Shown piece by piece: positions 7,916 through 12,034 of a DNA stretch of 12,034 nucleotides (position 1 is its first letter; every line of letters begins with the position of its first letter). The DNA lies in the NCBI GenBank assembly GCA_033764315.1, contig JANRJA010000107.1, forward strand, positions 1-12,034, given 5' to 3'. Position numbers and translations under genes: made by a program. The stretch comes from Oculatellaceae cyanobacterium bins.114 (GTDB taxonomy: Bacteria; Cyanobacteriota; Cyanobacteriia; Elainellales; Elainellaceae). The notes beneath the pieces were generated by a model that did no database searches, was not told the origin of the DNA, and worked only from the letters and a program-made list of their open reading frames with translations.

Positions 7916-8104
7916 GGCGGTTGAAACCGTTGACTTCGGCGTGAGCTCAGATGTTCGGCGATGCTCAGTCGAGCCGTCGAACACTATACAAGCAAAACCG
8001 ACCTGCGTCGATTTAATCAACCTTTGATTTTGGTAGTCCGCGAAGGACGTTCGGTGATGCTCAGTCGAGCCGCGGACTTCGCTCTAGTAGCCGCGAATTT
8101 ATTC
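7916..8104. repeat. REP/REPIN-like cyanobacterial inverted-repeat element carrying nested 25-26 nt inserted micro-elements
   Basis: Short hairpins GCGGT-TGAA-ACCGT, AACCGAC-CTGC-GTCGATT, AGTCCGC-GAAG-GCGGACT (after removing an insert) and GTAGCCGCGAAT-TT-ATTC. Two copies of AYGTTCGGYGATGCTCAGTCGAGCCG at 7951-7976 and 8047-8072. Confidence 0.7.
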
Positions 8105-8184
8105 ACTGGGCTGCTTAAACCGACCTGACGTTACTTTGAATAGCCGCAAATTCATCGGTCACACTCTTAAACCGACCTGACGTT
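8088..8184 (+). repeat. Imperfect tandem duplication (~52 bp period) with an exact 19-nt repeat CTTAAACCGACCTGACGTT
   Basis: Exact copies at 8114-8132 and 8166-8184, each preceded by a related segment (TAGCCGCGAATTTAT at 8088; TAGCCGCAAATTCAT at 8141). Confidence 0.85.
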
Positions 8185-8239
8185 GTATTAGAAATAACTC
8201 TGCTCTTACAGGGATTCGATCCGTGAAATAAATCTTTTC

Positions 8240-8255
8240 AGTGATGTGGGTCACT
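8240..8255. promoter_or_regulatory. Putative CRP-family (SyCRP1-like) binding site
   Basis: AGTGA-tgtggg-TCACT is palindromic and matches TGTGA-N6-TCACA at 8/10, 100 bp upstream of the ATG at 8356. Confidence 0.4.
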
Positions 8256-8355
8256 CATTTTAATGAGATTAATCACGGTTGTGCCCCGATGTGAATCACA
8301 AGACATTACTTAGAAATACTTCATATTATTAAAAACCTAAATACTGTTTGACCGT

Positions 8356-8556
8356 ATGCAACCTCAAGCCCCCCATCTCCAAATCCCGTTGGAGGACTTG
8401 GTTCATCAGATTTTGCTCTTGCGTCGGGTGACTCGTGCTGAAGAAAGCTGGTTGTTTTCGCTGTTGGCTTCACCCTCTCTAACTGAAGAACAGCGAGTCA
8501 TGATTCAGCGGGTTTTTTATGGATTACGTCACGACCTCCTAAAACTGGTGGACTAG
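8356..8556 (+). CDS. Small hypothetical protein (66 aa), resembling a conserved cyanobacterial small-protein family
   Basis: ATG start and helical pattern ..LVHQIL..RRVTR.EE..L..LL....LTEEQR.MIQRVF..LR..LLKLVD*, recalled from cyanobacterial small proteins that end in LLrvVD. AT-rich upstream region and a downstream terminator. Confidence 0.7.
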   Translation: MQPQAPHLQIPLEDLVHQILLLRRVTRAEESWLFSLLASPSLTEEQRVMIQRVFYGLRHDLLKLVD

Positions 8557-8661
8557 CAGGTTTGTGTTAACTCTTGAATCGGGCGATCGCCAGCATTAAT
8601 CAATCGAGCACCGATTTTTAAACCCACTAGTTCTAACCACTTCTTTAAAGCCATGCTCCTG

Positions 8662-8690
8662 AGCCACGCCCCGGTGTGGCTTTTTCATTT
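8662..8690 (+). terminator. Rho-independent terminator
   Basis: AGCCACGC-CCCG-GTGTGGCT stem (one G-U) followed by TTTTCATTT. Confidence 0.75.
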
Positions 8691-8874
8691 CTAAGGATTT
8701 AGACAGAACAGATTAATCTACCTTATGTCGCTTGCAATTCCCATAACACTGTCTTAGTGTCTAGAATGTTTGAAAAAAACGGCTTAACCAGTCTAAAAAC
8801 TGCATTTATCTCACCATAAATGGGATATTCTTTGAGCAAACATTATAGAGATCCTCTAATCACAGGTAATCATT

Positions 8875-9327
8875 ATGGACCCAGAAGTGAAGCACGATCC
8901 AACATCTCCAGAATTTGTGGCTGATGAATTGAGTGTAGATATCACCGATGATGATTCAGGCACACTGACCCCTGTCCCCGTAACACGGACTGACAACGAG
9001 CAATGGCGAGAGTTTGGTGAAAAGGCATCTCTGTTTTTAGCGGAGTTGCCCGATTATTTGTCTAGCTTTTTTGGAGAATATCGGCGTCCCATTATCTTTG
9101 TTGGTTTAGTGTTGGGTTCAATCATTGCAGCGAAACTGACACTGGCTATCCTCGACTCTGTTAATGACATTCCGTTGTTGGCTCCCACGTTTGAATTGAT
9201 CGGCTTATCTTATAGTTTTTGGTTTGTTTACCGTTATTTGCTCAGAGCCTCCAATCGCAAAGAGTTGGCTGATGACTTTAACTCCTTAAAAGAGCAAATT
9301 TTGGGCAATCGCGCCTCTAATGACTGA
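8875..9327 (+). CDS. curT: CAAD-domain protein, CurT/CURT1-like thylakoid membrane curvature protein
   Basis: Acidic low-complexity N-terminus, amphipathic helix, two hydrophobic segments and the signature A.LD..NDIPLLAPTFELIGLSYS.WFVYRYLL.AS.RKEL. Confidence 0.85.
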   Translation: MDPEVKHDPTSPEFVADELSVDITDDDSGTLTPVPVTRTDNEQWREFGEKASLFLAELPDYLSSFFGEYRRPIIFVGLVLGSIIAAKLTLAILDSVNDIPLLAPTFELIGLSYSFWFVYRYLLRASNRKELADDFNSLKEQILGNRASND

Positions 9328-10408
9328 TGAGTTTGATGCGTTGATCATGCGTCGGTGCCTGGAATTGGCAAAACAGGCACTTGGCAAAACTGCCCCAAAC
9401 CCGTTGGTGGGGTCTGTGGTTGTGCAGAATGGGGACATTGTCGGAGAAGGATTTCATCCAGGAGCCGGACAGCCTCATGCAGAGGTATTTGCTCTCAAAA
9501 TGGCGGGCGATCGCGCTCATGGGGCAACGCTTTATGTCAACTTAGAGCCGTGCAACCATTATGGGCGGACTCCACCCTGCACCGAGGCCATTATTCAAGC
9601 GGCGATCGCGAGAGTTGTTGTGGGTATGGTAGACCCTAACCCCCAAGTCTTGGGAACAGGGTTGGCGCGGTTGCAACAAGCGGCGATTGAGGTCACGATT
9701 GGCGTTGAAGAAGCCGCTTGTCAGGCGTTGAATGAACCGTTTGTGTACCGAGTGCAGCATCAACGCCCACTGGGAATTTTGAAATATGCCATGACTTTAG
9801 ATGGCAAAATTGCCACCACAACCGGACATAGTGCCTGGGTAACGAGTCCATCGGCCCGCTCATATGTACACCAGTTACGAGCAGGCTGTGATGCGGTGAT
9901 TATTGGTGGCAACACCGTACGACGTGATAATCCTCAGTTGACAACTCACGGGCTGAGCACGCATAACCCGCTGCGGGTTGTTATGAGCCGCACTCTCGAT
10001 CTGCCCACTCAGGCTCAATTGTGGCAAACCACTGAGGCTGCGACCGTGGTGCTCACCGAAGTGGGGGTCAAGCCAGAGGTGCAACAGGCATTAAGACAAC
10101 AAGGGGTTGAAGTATTAGAGTTGCCTGCGCTCACCCCAACTGCTGCGATCGCTCACTTAACTGAGCGAGGATGTTTGTCGGTGTTGTGGGAATGTGGCGG
10201 CACCCTGGCAGCACGAGCGATCGCTGAAGGGGCAGTACAAAAGATATTGGCGTTTATTGCCCCCAAGATTATTGGTGGAGCAATGGCTCCTTCTCCTGTT
10301 GGTGATTTGGGGTTAACCGACATGACAGCGGCCTTGCCGTTAGAGCGAGTTCGTTGGCACGCGATCGGGTCAGATTTGCTGCTAGAGGGATATTTGTCTG
10401 TTAACTAG
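9320..10408 (+). CDS. ribD: Bifunctional riboflavin biosynthesis deaminase/reductase
   Basis: PNPLVG, HAEV and LEPCNHYGRTPPC (zinc deaminase); KYAMTLDGKIAT, TVRRDNPQLT, ECGGTLA and FIAPKIIGG (reductase). Confidence 0.97.
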   Translation: MTDEFDALIMRRCLELAKQALGKTAPNPLVGSVVVQNGDIVGEGFHPGAGQPHAEVFALKMAGDRAHGATLYVNLEPCNHYGRTPPCTEAIIQAAIARVVVGMVDPNPQVLGTGLARLQQAAIEVTIGVEEAACQALNEPFVYRVQHQRPLGILKYAMTLDGKIATTTGHSAWVTSPSARSYVHQLRAGCDAVIIGGNTVRRDNPQLTTHGLSTHNPLRVVMSRTLDLPTQAQLWQTTEAATVVLTEVGVKPEVQQALRQQGVEVLELPALTPTAAIAHLTERGCLSVLWECGGTLAARAIAEGAVQKILAFIAPKIIGGAMAPSPVGDLGLTDMTAALPLERVRWHAIGSDLLLEGYLSVN

Positions 10409-10415
10409 GTCAAGC

Positions 10416-10576
10416 GTTAATAGTTTTGAGTTTTGAGTTTTGAGTTTTGAGTTCTGGGTTAATAGTTTTGAGTTTTGAGTTTTAAGTTTTGAGTTTTGAG
10501 TTCTGGGTTAATAGTTTTGAGTTTTGAGTTTTAAGTTTTAAGTTTTGAGTTTTGAGTTTTGAGTTTTGAGTTTTGA
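10416..10576. repeat. STRR-type heptamer tandem array, 23 units, consensus GTTTTGA
   Basis: Uninterrupted 7-nt register built from GTTTTGA, GTTTTAA, GTTAATA and GTTCTGG units, starting 7 nt after the ribD stop. Confidence 0.95.
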
Positions 10577-10612
10577 GGATCGCTGGACATTGACCTCGTA
10601 TGTGACTATTCC

Positions 10613-10679
10613 AGATCCCCGGTTTCTGGTGCGTTAATCGGACATCTTTAAGCTAGACTCTATGAAAAATTGGGGATCT
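10613..10679. repeat. Imperfect 15-bp inverted repeat between convergent genes
   Basis: AGATCCCCGGTTTCT (10613-10627) pairs with AAAAATTGGGGATCT (10665-10679), with two G-U pairs and one mismatch on the plus strand. Confidence 0.55.
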
Positions 10680-10773
10680 AAACCCCTACTAAGTTGTACA
10701 GCATGTCGTGGATCATCAACCAGTGACACATGGCTAAGGCTCTTGCCCTCTAGCCTGTCATTTTTCCTATTCC

Positions 10774-12034
10774 TTATTCCTGCTCACGAGTATTTGCATT
10801 AACCGCTCTGCCAGCGTTTCTGACGCGCACAACTTTGCTCAGTAAGTCAAACCAGAATGAGGCTCCCATAGACAGGGCGATCGCTGTAATGAACCATCCC
10901 AAGGTGCGCCGAGAATAGGGCACAACCCATCCCTCTTCCTCTCGGGTTTGTTGTTCTAAATTGACTCTGTTCCAGCCAATCGGTAGAGGAATTCCATCCA
11001 ACACGTTGTTGACTGCAAACTTCACCTCTTCTAAATCGCGCTGTAAAGGCTCAGGCTGAAAGTTGTAATTCTCAGGTTGAAATTCTGAGGGAGTCTCTTG
11101 AAACTCTGAGGGAGTCTCCTGAAATTCAGGAGGCAGATCAGGCTGTTGAAATTCTTCTGGGGTTTCTTGAGTCTGAAATTCAGGAGGCAGATCAGGTTGT
11201 TGAAATTCCTCTGGGGTAGGCTGAGACTGAGTGCCTGGTCTTGATCCAGGTGAGGCGGTGGATGGTACATTGGCAGGTTGATTCGTTGAAAACCCTTGTG
11301 AGGATGGGGCATTGAGGGGATAGTCTTGAGGCATGTTATACCCATAACGCGATTGTCTCACTTGATAAACCGCATCATCGGCAGCCTGAGAAATCGTAGA
11401 ACGGAGCAATGTATCTTTTGACAAACGATTCACAATGTGGAATGTATCTGCATTTGTCACCATTGCAACCAAAAAACCAATGATAATCGCCACACCTTTT
11501 GAGTTACGCCGATAAACTCCTGAAGCTCGCTCCATTGAGTGGTCAAACCAAGCTTCTACCTCGTGTTGTAACTGCCTGACCCCACTCTCTAACCCTTCTG
11601 TTTTGGTTTGAGCCTGCTTTGAGAGCGCAATTAAATTGCTTTTGAGCTGTCTTGGCAAGGGTGTGCTGGGTCTACCAATGTTGGTGACAACTCCAGACAA
11701 ATACCCCGGAACGTTTTGGTGTTCTTCTAAAATGATTGACATCACCTCAGAAATAGTGGGCTGTAATTTTCTGAGTTGAAAGGCTTGTTTTAAGTAAGGT
11801 AATCGTTGCCGAATAATTTCTTTGCAATGGTTGTCTTCTGATAAAACGGTTTCAGTATTGTCAATAAATTGAGCAAATTGGGCTGTAACGCTGTCAATGC
11901 TGCTAGCTAATGTGGTTCTGTTATTTACTAAATCATCTTGAATAATCGCTAGACTTTGCTTTAGCGAAATTAATTCATTTTCTAATAAACAATCATTACC
12001 GACGCTATTTCTTAAATCATCAATAATGTCTTGC
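10774..12034 (-). CDS. Conserved hypothetical membrane protein, 5'-truncated by the window edge
   Basis: Manual translation shows the frame stays open from 11745 to the window end (..QDIIDDLRNSVGNDCLLENEL..), so the true start is outside. Motifs WFD.SMERASGVY.RN.KGVA, NADTFHIV.RLS, LPIGW and GW.ITAIALSMGA.FWFDLL.K...VRNAG recall a widespread uncharacterised family. Confidence 0.85.
   Translation of the reverse strand, partial: QDIIDDLRNSVGNDCLLENELISLKQSLAIIQDDLVNNRTTLASSIDSVTAQFAQFIDNTETVLSEDNHCKEIIRQRLPYLKQAFQLRKLQPTISEVMSIILEEHQNVPGYLSGVVTNIGRPSTPLPRQLKSNLIALSKQAQTKTEGLESGVRQLQHEVEAWFDHSMERASGVYRRNSKGVAIIIGFLVAMVTNADTFHIVNRLSKDTLLRSTISQAADDAVYQVRQSRYGYNMPQDYPLNAPSSQGFSTNQPANVPSTASPGSRPGTQSQPTPEEFQQPDLPPEFQTQETPEEFQQPDLPPEFQETPSEFQETPSEFQPENYNFQPEPLQRDLEEVKFAVNNVLDGIPLPIGWNRVNLEQQTREEEGWVVPYSRRTLGWFITAIALSMGASFWFDLLSKVVRVRNAGRAVNANTREQE
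11077..11217 (-). repeat. In-frame intragenic repeats (2 x 45 nt at 54-nt period; 2 x 21 nt)
   Basis: 11119-11163 versus 11173-11217 (2 mismatches) encode TPEEFQQPDLPPEFQ twice. 11077-11097 versus 11098-11118 (1 mismatch) encode ETPSEFQ twice. Confidence 0.9.

Larger units (their letters stand above)
1260..10884. repeat. Dispersed HIP1 octamers (GCGATCGC), at least 18 copies
   Basis: Seen at 1260, 1839, 2363, 3280, 3493, 4541, 4748, 6354, 6736, 7197, 7425, 7732, 8583, 9507, 9602, 10145, 10217 and 10877. HIP1 over-representation is a cyanobacterial hallmark. Confidence 0.9.

Noticed and set aside
7951..8072. 26-nt repeat pair as CRISPR repeats or a tRNA fragment
   Set aside because: The 70-nt separation is itself repeat-element sequence and no cloverleaf can be built. 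The pair is better explained as insertions.
8114..8184. Possible mini-CRISPR (19-nt repeat, 33-nt spacer)
   Set aside because: Only two short repeats, the spacer resembles the sequence preceding the first repeat (a tandem duplication), and no cas genes are in the window.
1559..10084. Numerous antisense or alternate-frame ORFs inside bamA, lpxC, fabZ, lpxA, lpxB and ribD
   Set aside because: They overlap well-supported genes and have no recognisable motifs; they are shadow ORFs.
11031..11345. 104-aa alternate-frame ORF with repeats
   Set aside because: It is an out-of-frame reading of the repeat region within the larger minus-strand gene.
11743..11745. GTG at 11745 as the start of the last gene
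   Set aside because: The frame is open to the window end, so the real start lies beyond 12034.

Overview
Cyanobacterial chromosomal window (at least 18 HIP1 octamers GCGATCGC, cyanobacterial-type proteins). It begins with the 3' end of an IS5-family element and a small conserved minus-strand gene. A mostly housekeeping plus-strand run follows: purC, bamA/omp85, lpxC, fabZ, lpxA, lpxB, a 66-aa small protein, a CAAD/CurT-family protein and ribD. A heptamer tandem array and a convergent, 5'-truncated membrane protein gene end the window. No new multi-gene protein system is evident; the unusual signals are non-coding. (i) At 7916-8184, 25-26 nt hairpin micro-elements are inserted into each other and into a REP-like inverted-repeat element, and removing each one restores a host hairpin or arm. 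(ii) At 520-566, a three-repeat Pho (SphR)-type box with a -10 element points into a structured, probably non-coding stretch upstream of purC. (iii) Phased CRP-like boxes lie upstream of the 66-aa gene. (iv) The heptamer array has higher-order structure. All calls are from reading the sequence; no database searches were run.
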